64,000 nucleotides of DNA from Trueperaceae bacterium (GCA_965215565.1 CBDCDZ010000004.1:2400001-2464000), one strand, 5' to 3'; shown: positions 38,823 to 49,677, numbered from the stretch's first letter. The notes: generated by a model not told the origin, from the sequence alone. Program-made: numbers and translations.

Positions 38823-39613
38823 TGCGTTACCTTGCCTAGCTCGAGCCCCTCTAAGAGCACTTCGTGTAAAACGCCGTTCGAGGAGACGAGCACCTTGTCT
38901 TCGACGTTGTAGGGCTCGCCGGCGGGTCCCGTGACGCGCCCACCTGCCTCTTGAATAATCAGCACGCCCGCCGCCACGTCCCAGGCGTTGAGCTTGAGTT
39001 CCCAGAAGCCGTCGAGCCGCCCGCACGCGACGTAGCAGAGGTCTAAGGCGGCGGCTCCAGGGCGGCGAACCGCGCGGCAGCGGTGCATCATGCGGGCGAA
39101 GACTTCGATGTTGTCTGAAGCGGTGTCGGGGTTGTAGGGGAAGCCCGTGGCGAGCATGGCGCTTCTGAGGACGGTTTCGCTCGAGACCCCAATCGGCATC
39201 CCGTTCAGCGTCGCGCCCTCACCCTTGACCGCCGTGAAGAGTTCGTTTCGGAACGAGTCGAGCACCACGCCCACCTGGAGTTCGCCCTCAATCTCCAAGC
39301 CGATGGAGACGCAGTAGAAGGGGAAACCGTGGGCGTAGTTCAGCGTGCCGTCTAAGGGGTCCACGATCCAGCGGTGGCTCGCCTCCTCACCGGATGCACT
39401 ACCCTGGCCTTCCTCTTCGCCTAAAACGGCGTGGTCTGGGTACGCGCTCAGCAAAATCTCGCGTATCTTCGCCTCGCTCTCCTTGTCCACGCGGGTGACG
39501 AGGTCGGTTTCGGTCGTTTTGGTCTGAATGCCCAAGTCTCCACCGACGTTACGCTGATGAATCTTGGCGGCGGCTTGGGCGGCGCGGAGGGCGGTGCGGA
39601 GGTAGTCGTTCAT
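38819..39613 (-). CDS. suhB: Inositol monophosphatase family protein
   Basis: DLVTRVD, LGEE, WIVDPLDGTLNY and WDVAAG. Confidence 0.92.
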   Translation of the reverse strand: MNDYLRTALRAAQAAAKIHQRNVGGDLGIQTKTTETDLVTRVDKESEAKIREILLSAYPDHAVLGEEEGQGSASGEEASHRWIVDPLDGTLNYAHGFPFYCVSIGLEIEGELQVGVVLDSFRNELFTAVKGEGATLNGMPIGVSSETVLRSAMLATGFPYNPDTASDNIEVFARMMHRCRAVRRPGAAALDLCYVACGRLDGFWELKLNAWDVAAGVLIIQEAGGRVTGPAGEPYNVEDKVLVSSNGVLHEVLLEGLELGKVTQ

Positions 39614-39699
39614 AGCTCCACTATACGCGCCACGCAACTCCACAAATCGGTCTTCTAGCAAAGTCGCTGCTCGGTAGCGTAAGGTAAGCTCGTACCAGC

Positions 39700-40206
39700 G
39701 TGAAGTCACAGCAGCCCTCATCCGAACGTCAGCGCACTTTACGGCGGCGCTTGAGTTTGCGCGGCGAATTCACGCTGGCGCTGCTGCCTACCGCGACGGT
39801 ATTGGCGGTGTTCGCTTTTGTCGAGGCGGTGAGCGAACAGCGGCTGCTCTTCGCGTCGCTGGCGTCCAGCGCCTTTCTCATCTACCTGGACCCGCAGCAC
39901 GGTATGAACCGCACGCGCACCTTGCTCACCGCGCAGCTTGCGGCGGTGAGTTTGGGGTTTCTCATGGACGTGCTGTTCGGGGAAGGCTATCTCGCGGGCG
40001 GTCTAGCGATGGTGAGTACGATCACCCTGATGATCCTCCTAGACGCCATGCACCCACCCGCCATCTCGACCTCGCTCTCGTTCGCCTTTCGCACGGCGGG
40101 AATCAACAACGTGCTTCTGTTCGCGCTCGCACTCGGGGTGACGGTGATGCTGCTGGGGCTCGAGCGCTCCGCCGTGTGGCTCTTAGCGCGGCAAGAGGAT
40201 ACGTGA
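39700..40206 (+). CDS. HPP family membrane protein
   Basis: ASLASSAFL and MHPPA motifs. Confidence 0.85.
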   Translation: MKSQQPSSERQRTLRRRLSLRGEFTLALLPTATVLAVFAFVEAVSEQRLLFASLASSAFLIYLDPQHGMNRTRTLLTAQLAAVSLGFLMDVLFGEGYLAGGLAMVSTITLMILLDAMHPPAISTSLSFAFRTAGINNVLLFALALGVTVMLLGLERSAVWLLARQEDT

Positions 40207-40234
40207 TAAAAGAGGGAATAATTAGGGGGTAGAG

Positions 40235-40762
40235 ATGGCACCAGAACGAAATACGTCGGACGCGAGGGAGCAAGCGGACGGACCCGGACGCTCTAACGAG
40301 TCCTGGGCGAGCTTTTTGCTGCCCACCGCGCTGATCTTCGGCTTCGTCTTGCTGCTCAATTTGAGCGCGGAGGGCGTAGGCGAGGTGGCGGAAACGAGCC
40401 CTTTGGAACACTGGCTCGAGCTAGTCGTCGACTACCTCGCCTTCGGCGCGGAGATTGCGGCGGCGCTCGTGATCGGCGTGGCGGTGGTGCAGGGCATCTT
40501 TCGGTATCTGAGAAACCTCTTCGCGCCCTCCGTAGATACCGCCGAAGCGACGGAGAACATCCGGCTCAAGTTGGGTCAGGTGCTGGCGTTGGGGTTAGAA
40601 TTCACCGTCGCCAGCGACATCTTGCGCACCGCCGTTGCGCCGACGCGCGAAGATATCTTGATCCTTGGCGCGGTCGTCCTTTTGCGCACGCTGCTCAACT
40701 ACTTCTTGGACCGTGAAATCCGCGAGGAACGTGCGAAGCTGAAAGCTGAGGAGCGCGCGTGA
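40235..40762 (+). CDS. DUF1622 membrane protein
   Basis: RLKLG..LALGLEF.VASDILRT and RTLLNYFL. Confidence 0.88.
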   Translation: MAPERNTSDAREQADGPGRSNESWASFLLPTALIFGFVLLLNLSAEGVGEVAETSPLEHWLELVVDYLAFGAEIAAALVIGVAVVQGIFRYLRNLFAPSVDTAEATENIRLKLGQVLALGLEFTVASDILRTAVAPTREDILILGAVVLLRTLLNYFLDREIREERAKLKAEERA

Positions 40763-40820
40763 CGCCAGCTTGGACGGGCACTGGCAGAGGTATTGGCAGT
40801 ATTGGTAGTGGTGTAGCGTC

Positions 40821-41555
40821 GTGAGCGACGCCCAGCCTATATTCCCGCCAGCCGACCCGCACGCTGAGCTTAAAGCGCGACTTTTAGAGGTGCACGCGAG
40901 GCTCGGTAAGCACTACGGCGCGCCCTTCCCCTTCTTCCGTGACGCAGACCCGCTAAGCGAACTCGTCGGCTCCATGCTCTCGCACCGCACGCGCAACGAG
41001 GACTCGGGGCGGGCATTCGACAATCTTAGGAACACCTTTCCGACTTGGGAAGCGGTGCGGGACGCGCCTACGCGGGAGGTGCAAGAGGCGATCTCGGCGG
41101 CGACCTGGTCCGAGCAGAAAGCGCCGCGCATCCAAGAAGCGCTGCGCACGGTTACGAAGAGGTGCGGGGCGCTGTCCTTGGAGTTCCTAGCCGAGATGGA
41201 GCCTCGCGCCGCGCAAGATTGGCTGGAATCGCTCAACGGCGTCGGTCCTAAGACGAGCGCCGCCGTGCTGCTCTTCAGTCGCCTGAGGATGCCCGCGCTG
41301 CCCGTGGACTCGCACCATCACCGCGTGGCGCAGCGCTTGGGCTTCATTCCCCGGAGCGTCGGTCCCGGTCCCGCGCACGCCCGGCTGCGCGCGCTCCTAC
41401 CTGAGGGTTGGCCTGCGCAGACGCTCTACGACCACCACGAGGCGCTGATGTTTCACGGGCAGAAATGCTGCTTCTACCGCCACCCTACCTGCGGGCGATG
41501 CGTCGTCCTATCCCTCTGCCCTTACGGAGCGCGTGGGGGCGCTCATGACCCCTGA
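40821..41555 (+). CDS. Endonuclease III-like HhH-GPD DNA glycosylase with [4Fe-4S] cluster
   Basis: LNGVGPKT, PVDSH and C-X6-C-X2-C-X5-C. Confidence 0.9.
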   Translation: MSDAQPIFPPADPHAELKARLLEVHARLGKHYGAPFPFFRDADPLSELVGSMLSHRTRNEDSGRAFDNLRNTFPTWEAVRDAPTREVQEAISAATWSEQKAPRIQEALRTVTKRCGALSLEFLAEMEPRAAQDWLESLNGVGPKTSAAVLLFSRLRMPALPVDSHHHRVAQRLGFIPRSVGPGPAHARLRALLPEGWPAQTLYDHHEALMFHGQKCCFYRHPTCGRCVVLSLCPYGARGGAHDP

Positions 41556-44500
41556 TCGAGAGAGGGTAAAGGGGACAGCGGCACCGTTGCGCTCACCGTC
41601 GTGCCCCTTTTAGGTTGCGAGCGCACCTTTAAGTTGCCCGCCAAGAGCCCCTCGACCTGCTCCTCTAAACCGACCAAGCCGAAGTGCTGGTCGCGAGCGA
41701 ACAAGCTGAGGCGCTCGGGCACCTCGAAGCCCACACCGTTATCTTCGACGCTCAGCGCGGCGCACCCCTCTTGCGTATTCAAAGTGATACAAACCTCGCT
41801 CGCGCTCGCGTGTTTAAGCGTGTTGCGCAGCGCCTCTTGCGCTACCCGAAAGAGGATTTGGGCGATCACAAGTGGTAAGCGCTGCTCGAGCGTGATGTCG
41901 AGCGCAATGTTGGGGCTCCTCGGGCTCGCCTCCTCGACCTGTTTAGCGTAGATTTCCAAGGTGTTTTTGAGCCCCAACTCCTCCAACCCAGGCGTGCGCA
42001 ACTCGCCGATGGTGTGGCGCAAGCGGCTCACGAGCCGCAGTACACCGTCGCGGTGCGCCTGTATCTCATCCGCGAACGCGGCGTCTTTGCCGCGCTTCGA
42101 GAGCGCTAAACCCTGCGCGATACCGATGAGTTCTTGGATGGCGTCGTCGTGAAGGTTGCGCGCCAAAGCGATGCGCTCCTCTTCGCGGATTTCGCCCAGC
42201 TTGCGCCGCACGGTGGCGAGTTCTTCCTCGACGCGCCGCCGCTCGGTCACGTCGTCTAGGATGAGCAGCGTGTGACCTTCGCCAGCAAATTCGATGATCT
42301 CGAGCGACGCTTGTAAAAAGCGCTCGCCGCTGCCCTTTTTGTTGATCGTCAGCTCTAAGAGCCGCGCTTTTTGCTGCGCTTCGAGCATCTTTTTGAGCGA
42401 CGCGGGCGCGACCTTATCCTGCCAGATGTCCAGCTCGAAAATGGACTTGTCCATCAGCTCGCCCCGCGCGTAGCCCAGGACCGCTTCGCACTGCGCGTTC
42501 ACGTCGATGACGACGCCCCTATCCAAGATGAGCAGACACGTCGCGCTCGGTCCCTGCTCGAAAACCGCCCGAAAGCGCTCCTCGGAGGCGCGGAGTTCGT
42601 CCTCCGCCTCTTTGCGCGCCGTCGTGTCGCGCACCATCGCCAAGCCGCCGACTATATCGCCTGCGCCGTCGCGGAGCGGCGCGTAGTTCGCGGAGAAAAC
42701 ACCCTCTAGCCCCGTCGCTGGAACGGTGTAGGGTTGGTCCTGCGTCTTAGGGCGCTCGCCCGCCAAGGTCGCGCGCTGTACGTCCATCTCGCCGATGTCT
42801 TCTAAAAAGGGAAAGACCTCGTGCGCTACGTTGCCGATGACATTTGCCGCTGCCATCCCCGTGATGCGCTCCATGCCGGGGTTCCAAACCGTGTAGCGGT
42901 GCTCATAGTCAAAGGCGAGAACGCCGTCCACGCTGCTGCTGATGAGTTGCTCGGTGAACTCTTTTTCGCGCTGCAAGGCGAGTTCAGCCTCTTTGCGCTC
43001 GGTGATGGGCAGAGCGGTACCGATGATTCTATAGACCTTGCCCGCAGCGTCAGCGACGGGATTGAGCGTGACGAGCCACCACATCTCTTCGTCCGTCAGC
43101 GAGGCGTTGATTTCGTACTCGAGCCGCTGGTTCGTCCCGGCGCACGTCCGGTGCTTCTGCCGTACCCACTCCACGGTGCCTATCGGCGAACGCGAGAGGA
43201 GCGTTTGAATGGTTTTACCTTCTATCTCGTTCGCCGGAACGCCCGTGAAGCGCTCGAAGGCAGGGTTTACATTTATGTAGGTCATCGTTTCGGCGTCCAT
43301 CACGTAGACCGCTAGGCTGACCTCGTTATAGATACTCTGCAAGAACGCGCGCTGCTCCCTGAGCTGCATATTTGCGCTCTGGAGCGCTTCGGTGCGCTCG
43401 GCGACGCGCCGCTCTAAGCCCTCGTTCGCACGTTGTAGAGCGTGCTCTGCGCCTTGGCGTAAAGACGCTTGGGCAAGCACGTTGGCGACGGCTTGCACGA
43501 AGGTCACGTCGTCCTGGGAGAAGTCGCGCGGCGTCCTCGTGTGCACCCCTAGCACACCATAAGGTTTTTCCTGCCCCTCGATGGTGACACTGACGCCGCT
43601 AACTACGCCGTGCTCGCTGAGGAGCGCGGAACCCGAGAAGCGCGTCTCTTCGGCTAGATTTGTAACGATGACAGGACCCTCCGCTTGAAGCGTATAGCCC
43701 GCCTGCGAGTCTAAGTCGTCACTGACTTTCGCGGTGCCCGCGAGCCCCTCGCGCCAGCCGACGCCCGCGCGCAGCAGGAGGGCTCCCTCGTCTGGCAGAT
43801 GCTTTAAGACCTTACAGAAGTCCGCGTCCAGGGTCTCGGCGACGCGCGTTGCGGCGCTGTCCATAAGGACTTGCGCGTCCACGCCTGCTAGCGCTCTCTG
43901 CCCGAGCCTCGCGACGACGTCTTGCTGCTGGGCGCGGCGCTCCGCCTGGCGCTGCGCGCTCTCCAACGCGGTGACGTCGAAGAGCGTCACCACCACGCCG
44001 TCGATGCGGTCGTCGACGGTGCGGTAGGGCAGGAGTTTGACGATGTAGAACGCGCCGTCCTTGCTCTCTAGCTCGAGTTCTTGCGCGTGGAGCGTCTCTA
44101 AAACCTCGGCGGCGTCTTCCTCGAGCGCGTTGTAGCGCAGTGTGTGCGACACGTGACTAAAGGGCCGCCCAACGTCCTCGGAAATGAGGTTGAAGACCTC
44201 CGCAGCACGCGGCGTGTAGCGCTTGAGGCGCAGGTTACTGTCTAAAAAGAGCGTACCGACGTCGGTGCTGGCGATCAAGTTTTCCAGGTCGCTGTTCGCT
44301 TGGTTGAGTTCTTCGATTTTGTTGCGCAGTTCCTGATTGACCGTGACCAACTCTTCGTTGGTGGACTGAAGCTCCTCGCGCGAAGTTTCAAGCTCCTCGG
44401 CGGTAGAGCGCGTCTCCTCGTTCATCGACTGCAGCTCTTCGTTCGAGGCGCGTAACTCTTCGTTGGAGGTCTCGAACTCTTCGGTGATCATTTGCAGCGT

Positions 44501-46462
44501 CTCGCGGGTGCTCCTCAGTTCGTCCTCTAACTGGCGGGCGAGTTCGCCTTGCGTCTCATCCGCAGCGTCGCTCGCGCCCTGTCCTGCTTCGGCAAGTTCG
44601 CTGGAGGCTCGCTCCTCCAATAAGATGATCGCAAAGCGCGTCTCATCCTCTAGGGGACGCACGGTGAGATTGAGCGTCAAGGTATCGTCCTCATTTTGAA
44701 AGGAGACGCGCTTGTCCTCGGTGATCTTATCTCGGCGAAAAAGGCGGTACAACGCACTGCGCAGCTCGAGGCTCAAGTTGCCCCGCGCAAGCTGCACGAC
44801 GTTTTGCGTCGGCTCCCCCTCGGGCTGCTCCAGATACTTGCCCGTGCGCCCCGAGGTGTAGACGACGTCGTAAGCGTCGTTGACGACGATGTAGGTGGGC
44901 GCGTAGTGCTTTAAGACAAAACGCTTGGCGAGGCTGCCGGGGTCGTCCTCTTTTTTATCTTTGGACGCGGGCGCGTCCTTCGTCGGTAGCGTGAAGGGGT
45001 AGCTCGCTCGCGTCTGCCCCTGATTGTCCGTGTCTCGGCGCACGAAGAGCTTCGACTTCCGCTCGACTTCGCCGAAGAGGTTCGCCACTTTACCAAGCGA
45101 CTCGGACGCGCCCAAGAAGAGGTAGCCGTTCTCACGGAGCGCATAGTGGAAGAGGTTGAACACGCGCTCCTGGAGCGGATTGTCCAAATAGATGAGCAGG
45201 TTGCGGCAGGTGATGAGGTCGAGCCGAGAGAAGGGTGGGTCTTTAATGAGGTTGTGCGCGGTGAAGAGAACAATTTCACGCAGGTCCTGGTTGACGCGGT
45301 AGTGATCGCCCTCGGAGGTGAAAAAGCGCTTGAGGCGCTCTTTCGACACGTCCGTGGCAATCGAACCAGGATAGACGCCGCGCCGCGCGAACTCCAAGGC
45401 GCGCTCATCGATATCCGAGGCGAAGACCTGCAGCGTTTTGCGCTTGGGCTGCCGCGCGTTCGCCTCAGAGAGGAGCATGGCGAGCGAATAAGCCTCCTCA
45501 CCCGTCGCGCAGCCCGTGACCCACACGCGCACGCTCTCCTCTTCGCCCCCAAAGAGCTTGGGGATAACGCGCTGCTCCAACGTCTCGAACGCATCCTTGT
45601 CCCGGAAGAAGTTCGTTACGCTGATGAGGAGTTCGCGGAAGAGGTTGTCCACCTCCGCTGCGTTGTCACGCAGATACGCCAGGTAGTCGCTCAGCTCAGA
45701 AAGCCCCAAGACCTGCATCCGCCGCCCGATGCGCCGGAAGATGGTGTTGCGCTTGTAGTACGAGAAGTCGTGACCCGTTTTATTGCGCAGTTGTCCGAAG
45801 ATTTTCTGCAGGGTCTCCGAATCGTCTTCGGGCAGCTTGCTCTCGCCGTCGGGTAGGTCCAGCGTCTCGGCGTGGTTTTTAACCTGGACGAGCTTTTCAG
45901 GTATCTGCGCCGCATCCAAGACGAAGTCCACGAGCCCAGTAGCCGCTGCGCTGCGGGGCATCCCGTCGTATTCGGCGTCCTCTTCGCGCTGCGCGAAGGT
46001 GAGCCCGCCCTTCTCCTTGATGGCTTTGAGTCCCTGCGTGCCGTCCGTGCCCGTACCCGACAAGATGACGCAGACCGCGTCCTTTCCCTGGTCTTCGGCT
46101 AAGGAGCGGAAGAAGAGGTCGATCATCGCATGTGAGCCGCGCTGTTCGCGCGCCGAGAGGTGCAGCGTACCGCCGCTGATCTCCAGGTGCTTGTTCGGCG
46201 GGATGATGTAGACGCAGTTTGGCTCGACTTTGGGGCTGTCTTCGACTTGCGTGACCGGCATCGAGGTGTGATTTTGGAGGAGTTCGGCTAACTCGCTGCG
46301 GTGGTTGGGGTCTAGGTGCTGCACCAACACGAACGCCATGCCGCTCTCGGCGTCTAAGTTCTTGAAAAACGTCTCGAACGCCTTGAGTCCTCCCGCCGAC
46401 GCGCCGATGCCGACGATGGGGAAGGTACGTTGCTCGTTCGAATTTTCAGATGTGCTAGCCAT
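41543..46462 (-). CDS. CheB-CheR fusion with PAS, GAF, PAS repeats and HisKA_3 histidine kinase
   Basis: GASAGG/QHL/GTDG (CheB), GCATGEEAYS (CheR), EELQS coiled coil, RNLHDD, QEALRN and DNGVGF; start ATG 46462 preferred. Confidence 0.92.
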   Translation of the reverse strand: MASTSENSNEQRTFPIVGIGASAGGLKAFETFFKNLDAESGMAFVLVQHLDPNHRSELAELLQNHTSMPVTQVEDSPKVEPNCVYIIPPNKHLEISGGTLHLSAREQRGSHAMIDLFFRSLAEDQGKDAVCVILSGTGTDGTQGLKAIKEKGGLTFAQREEDAEYDGMPRSAAATGLVDFVLDAAQIPEKLVQVKNHAETLDLPDGESKLPEDDSETLQKIFGQLRNKTGHDFSYYKRNTIFRRIGRRMQVLGLSELSDYLAYLRDNAAEVDNLFRELLISVTNFFRDKDAFETLEQRVIPKLFGGEEESVRVWVTGCATGEEAYSLAMLLSEANARQPKRKTLQVFASDIDERALEFARRGVYPGSIATDVSKERLKRFFTSEGDHYRVNQDLREIVLFTAHNLIKDPPFSRLDLITCRNLLIYLDNPLQERVFNLFHYALRENGYLFLGASESLGKVANLFGEVERKSKLFVRRDTDNQGQTRASYPFTLPTKDAPASKDKKEDDPGSLAKRFVLKHYAPTYIVVNDAYDVVYTSGRTGKYLEQPEGEPTQNVVQLARGNLSLELRSALYRLFRRDKITEDKRVSFQNEDDTLTLNLTVRPLEDETRFAIILLEERASSELAEAGQGASDAADETQGELARQLEDELRSTRETLQMITEEFETSNEELRASNEELQSMNEETRSTAEELETSREELQSTNEELVTVNQELRNKIEELNQANSDLENLIASTDVGTLFLDSNLRLKRYTPRAAEVFNLISEDVGRPFSHVSHTLRYNALEEDAAEVLETLHAQELELESKDGAFYIVKLLPYRTVDDRIDGVVVTLFDVTALESAQRQAERRAQQQDVVARLGQRALAGVDAQVLMDSAATRVAETLDADFCKVLKHLPDEGALLLRAGVGWREGLAGTAKVSDDLDSQAGYTLQAEGPVIVTNLAEETRFSGSALLSEHGVVSGVSVTIEGQEKPYGVLGVHTRTPRDFSQDDVTFVQAVANVLAQASLRQGAEHALQRANEGLERRVAERTEALQSANMQLREQRAFLQSIYNEVSLAVYVMDAETMTYINVNPAFERFTGVPANEIEGKTIQTLLSRSPIGTVEWVRQKHRTCAGTNQRLEYEINASLTDEEMWWLVTLNPVADAAGKVYRIIGTALPITERKEAELALQREKEFTEQLISSSVDGVLAFDYEHRYTVWNPGMERITGMAAANVIGNVAHEVFPFLEDIGEMDVQRATLAGERPKTQDQPYTVPATGLEGVFSANYAPLRDGAGDIVGGLAMVRDTTARKEAEDELRASEERFRAVFEQGPSATCLLILDRGVVIDVNAQCEAVLGYARGELMDKSIFELDIWQDKVAPASLKKMLEAQQKARLLELTINKKGSGERFLQASLEIIEFAGEGHTLLILDDVTERRRVEEELATVRRKLGEIREEERIALARNLHDDAIQELIGIAQGLALSKRGKDAAFADEIQAHRDGVLRLVSRLRHTIGELRTPGLEELGLKNTLEIYAKQVEEASPRSPNIALDITLEQRLPLVIAQILFRVAQEALRNTLKHASASEVCITLNTQEGCAALSVEDNGVGFEVPERLSLFARDQHFGLVGLEEQVEGLLAGNLKVRSQPKRGTTVSATVPLSPLPSLDQGS

Positions 46463-46917
46463 GCAGTGAAGCCTCATTCTTGCGGGTCGTTGAGTACACG
46501 TTGGGTAGGATCGTAACATCGTACTTTAACGTATTTTGCTCATAAAACCCCTTCACGAGGGCTACACTCGAGCCTCAACCAAACCACTAAAAAGAGCGAG
46601 CAAACGAGCACGCCTCGAATACAGCGGTCCAAGCTAAAGAGGTCAGCGTCATCCCGAAACAGTAGTAGACCTCGCTGAAAAAGTCATAGAAGGAGGCGAA
46701 TGCAGCGTAGGGGTGATTCATACAGTGATAAATATGTGCCCCTACGTCGCGTACTCCCTCACTGAGAGATGACGGTGACTTTTCTGGGGTAGTGAATAAT
46801 AACAGATGAGCCTTGGATCGCTCCCCTTGGACTTCGGCGAAAGAAGGGGGCGAAGTGCTGCAAGCGTGCGGTGAGGTAGAGGACCTCGAGCTACACTCCT
46901 AAGTAGGAGGTCCGCGT

Positions 46918-49677
46918 ATGTCCGACACAACTGAACGTGACACAGGTGAGCGTGATGTGGTCAACAGCCCCGCGAGCGAACCGCGCACCTACTACCGCGC
47001 CCCCGAGCCCCAAGGTCCCGCCGAGACGGGTCAGGTCATCTTAAAAGATGGCAGCACCGCCTACTTGCGCCCTGCGCGCTCCGAGGACAAAGACCTGCTC
47101 ATCCGCTTTTTACAAGGCATCTCGAAAGAGGCGTACGTGCGCCGCTTCTTCGCCGAGACCCCTTACGAGTCGGCGGCGAAACGAATGTTGGCAGGCGAAC
47201 CCATAGAGATGAAACTCGTCTTGTTCGTCTTGTCGGGCGATCCGCAAGACCCGGACATCATCGGGGCGGGGGAGTATATTCGCGAGAAAGAGGGGTCGAA
47301 AGAGGCTGAAGTTGCCTTTTTAGTAGGCGAAGAGCAGCGCGGCAAGGGCCTGGGCACACTCCTTTTGGAGCGCTTGGCGCTCGTCGCGGCGCGGCACGGA
47401 ATCGAGCGCTTTACGGCGGTGACGATGTCGCGCAACCGCGAGATGATAGGTGTCTTTAAGAGCAGCGGCTACGAGGTGCGGCGCAGGCTCGAGTACGGCG
47501 ACGTCGAAATAGACTTCTCCATTCAGCCGAGTCAAGAGAGCGTCGCACGCGCCGAAGCGAGAGAGCGCGTCGCTACCGTCGCGTCGCTCCGCCCCTTCTT
47601 CGAGCCGAAGCGCGTCGCGGTGATCGGCGCGTCGCGTGAGCCCGAGAGCGTCGGACAGCGCATCTTGTGGAACCTTTTAGACAGCGGCTTTCGCGACCTC
47701 TTCCCCATCCACCCCGAGGCGGACACGCTCGCAGGTCTAAAAGCGTATCCCTCTTTGAAAGAGGTACCGGAGATAGACCTAGCCGTCATCACCGTGCCCA
47801 AAGAGCACGTCGCTGAGGTAGTGGAGGCGTGTGGCGAGGGAGGCGTGCGCTCGCTCGTCATCGTGAGCGCGGGCTTCGGCGAGACGGGCGAGGCGGGGCG
47901 CAAAGCGCAACGGGATTTGGTCAAGAAGGTGCGCGGCTACGGGATGCGCCTGATCGGACCCAATAGCATGGGTCTTATGAACGTGCGCCCTAGAGGTAAG
48001 GGCGGCACGCTCAACGCGAGCTTCGCCGCGACGCTGCCAAAAAGTGGCCCTGTGGCGGTCTCGTCGCAGAGCGGCGCGCTGGGGCTCGCTATTTTGGAGC
48101 ACGCGCAGACGACGGAATTAGGGGTCTCGAGCTTTGTCAGCTTGGGCAACAAGGGCGACGTGTCGGGCAACGACCTCTTGCAGTACTGGGAGGACAACGA
48201 GCAAACGGGGCTCATCATCCTCTACTTGGCGTCGTTCGGCAACCCGCGCCGCTTCGCACGTTTGGCGCGCCGCGTCGGGCGCAAGAAGCCTATCCTGGCG
48301 GTGAAAGCGGAGCGGACGTCATCCGACTCGTCAGCGGACGCCACCGGAGATATCGCGGTAGACGCCCTCTTCCGGCAGACCGGCGTGGTTCGCGCGCAAA
48401 CTTTCGAGGAGTTGTTCGATGTGGCGGCGTTCCTGTCGCACCAACCTCTTCCCAAAGGCAAGCGCGTCGCCGTCGTTTCGAATGCGGGCGGGCCGGCGAG
48501 CTTAGCCACCGACGCGCTAGCGGCGGCGGGGTTGGAGGTGCCGGAGATGGACGAGGCGACGCGGGAGGCGCTGGGGCAAACGCTACTAGCGGGCTCGAGC
48601 CTCACTAACCCCGTCGACATGAGCGCCTTTGCCACCGCCGCGCACTACCGCTTTGCCGTTGAAACAGTGCTGAAGAGCGACGTCGACGCCCTCTTGGTGC
48701 TCTTCTCCCCCATCGGTCCGAGCCACGCCGAAGAGGTCGCGGACGCGGTAGGGGAGGCGGTCAAAGCCGCGCGCGAAGCGGGATGTAACCAGAGCGTACT
48801 CATCTGCTTCACCACCTACCAGAACGCCCGCCCGCCGCTCCCAGCGGGGGACGAAAACCTGCCCACGTACCGCTTCCCCGAGTCGGCGGTGCGCGCGCTC
48901 GCCAAAGCGCGAGAGTACGCAGCGTGGTGTGAGACGCCGCTAGGCTTGATTCCTGATTTTCCTGACCTGAACGTTGACCGCGCTAAAGAGGTCTGCCAAG
49001 GCGCACAGGAGAGAGGCGGCGGCTGGCTCACACCGGGCGAAGTCGCGCACGTTCTGAACGCTTTCGGGCTCCCGCTCGCGCCGCACCGTTTGGCGGACGA
49101 CGCGGCGGGCGCAGTCCGCGCCGCAGCCGACTTAGGCTACCCCGTCGTCGTCAAGCTCGCCTCGCAGACGCTCATGGATAAGTCCGACTGGAACGGCGTC
49201 AAGCTCAACCTCCGGGGCGAAGCGGACGTGCGCCGCGCCTGCGAGGAGATCGAAACGACGCTGCGCGAGGCGGGGCGCGCGGACGACCTCTTGGGCTTTC
49301 TCGTGCAGCCGCTCGTAGAAGCGGGCACCGAACTCGCCATCGGCGTGCGGCAAGACCCGCTCTTCGGACCGCTGCTCTCCTTCGGCCTGGGCGGCGTCTA
49401 TATGGAGGTCCTACACGACACGGTCTACCGCGTGACGCCCCTGACCGAGCGCGACGCCGAGGGGATGGTGCACGAGGTGAGGGGGTACCCGCTCCTGACG
49501 GGCTACCGGGGGCACGCGCCCGCCGACTTAGAGGCGGTTCAAGAGATGCTCTTACAAGTCTCGAGATTGGTCGAAGAACTGCCCGAAATCGCCGAACTCG
49601 ACCTCAACCCCTTCAAGGCGCACGAACCGGGGCGGGGCTGCACGATTCTAGACGCGCGTATTCGCGTGGCTGTATAG
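46918..49677 (+). CDS. GNAT plus NDP-forming acyl-CoA synthetase-like protein (Pat-type acetyltransferase)
   Basis: N-terminal GNAT (QRGKGLG), VAVIGAS, IGPNSMG, SQSGALG, SLGNKGD; ATP-grasp with DLNP. Confidence 0.9.
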   Translation: MSDTTERDTGERDVVNSPASEPRTYYRAPEPQGPAETGQVILKDGSTAYLRPARSEDKDLLIRFLQGISKEAYVRRFFAETPYESAAKRMLAGEPIEMKLVLFVLSGDPQDPDIIGAGEYIREKEGSKEAEVAFLVGEEQRGKGLGTLLLERLALVAARHGIERFTAVTMSRNREMIGVFKSSGYEVRRRLEYGDVEIDFSIQPSQESVARAEARERVATVASLRPFFEPKRVAVIGASREPESVGQRILWNLLDSGFRDLFPIHPEADTLAGLKAYPSLKEVPEIDLAVITVPKEHVAEVVEACGEGGVRSLVIVSAGFGETGEAGRKAQRDLVKKVRGYGMRLIGPNSMGLMNVRPRGKGGTLNASFAATLPKSGPVAVSSQSGALGLAILEHAQTTELGVSSFVSLGNKGDVSGNDLLQYWEDNEQTGLIILYLASFGNPRRFARLARRVGRKKPILAVKAERTSSDSSADATGDIAVDALFRQTGVVRAQTFEELFDVAAFLSHQPLPKGKRVAVVSNAGGPASLATDALAAAGLEVPEMDEATREALGQTLLAGSSLTNPVDMSAFATAAHYRFAVETVLKSDVDALLVLFSPIGPSHAEEVADAVGEAVKAAREAGCNQSVLICFTTYQNARPPLPAGDENLPTYRFPESAVRALAKAREYAAWCETPLGLIPDFPDLNVDRAKEVCQGAQERGGGWLTPGEVAHVLNAFGLPLAPHRLADDAAGAVRAAADLGYPVVVKLASQTLMDKSDWNGVKLNLRGEADVRRACEEIETTLREAGRADDLLGFLVQPLVEAGTELAIGVRQDPLFGPLLSFGLGGVYMEVLHDTVYRVTPLTERDAEGMVHEVRGYPLLTGYRGHAPADLEAVQEMLLQVSRLVEELPEIAELDLNPFKAHEPGRGCTILDARIRVAV

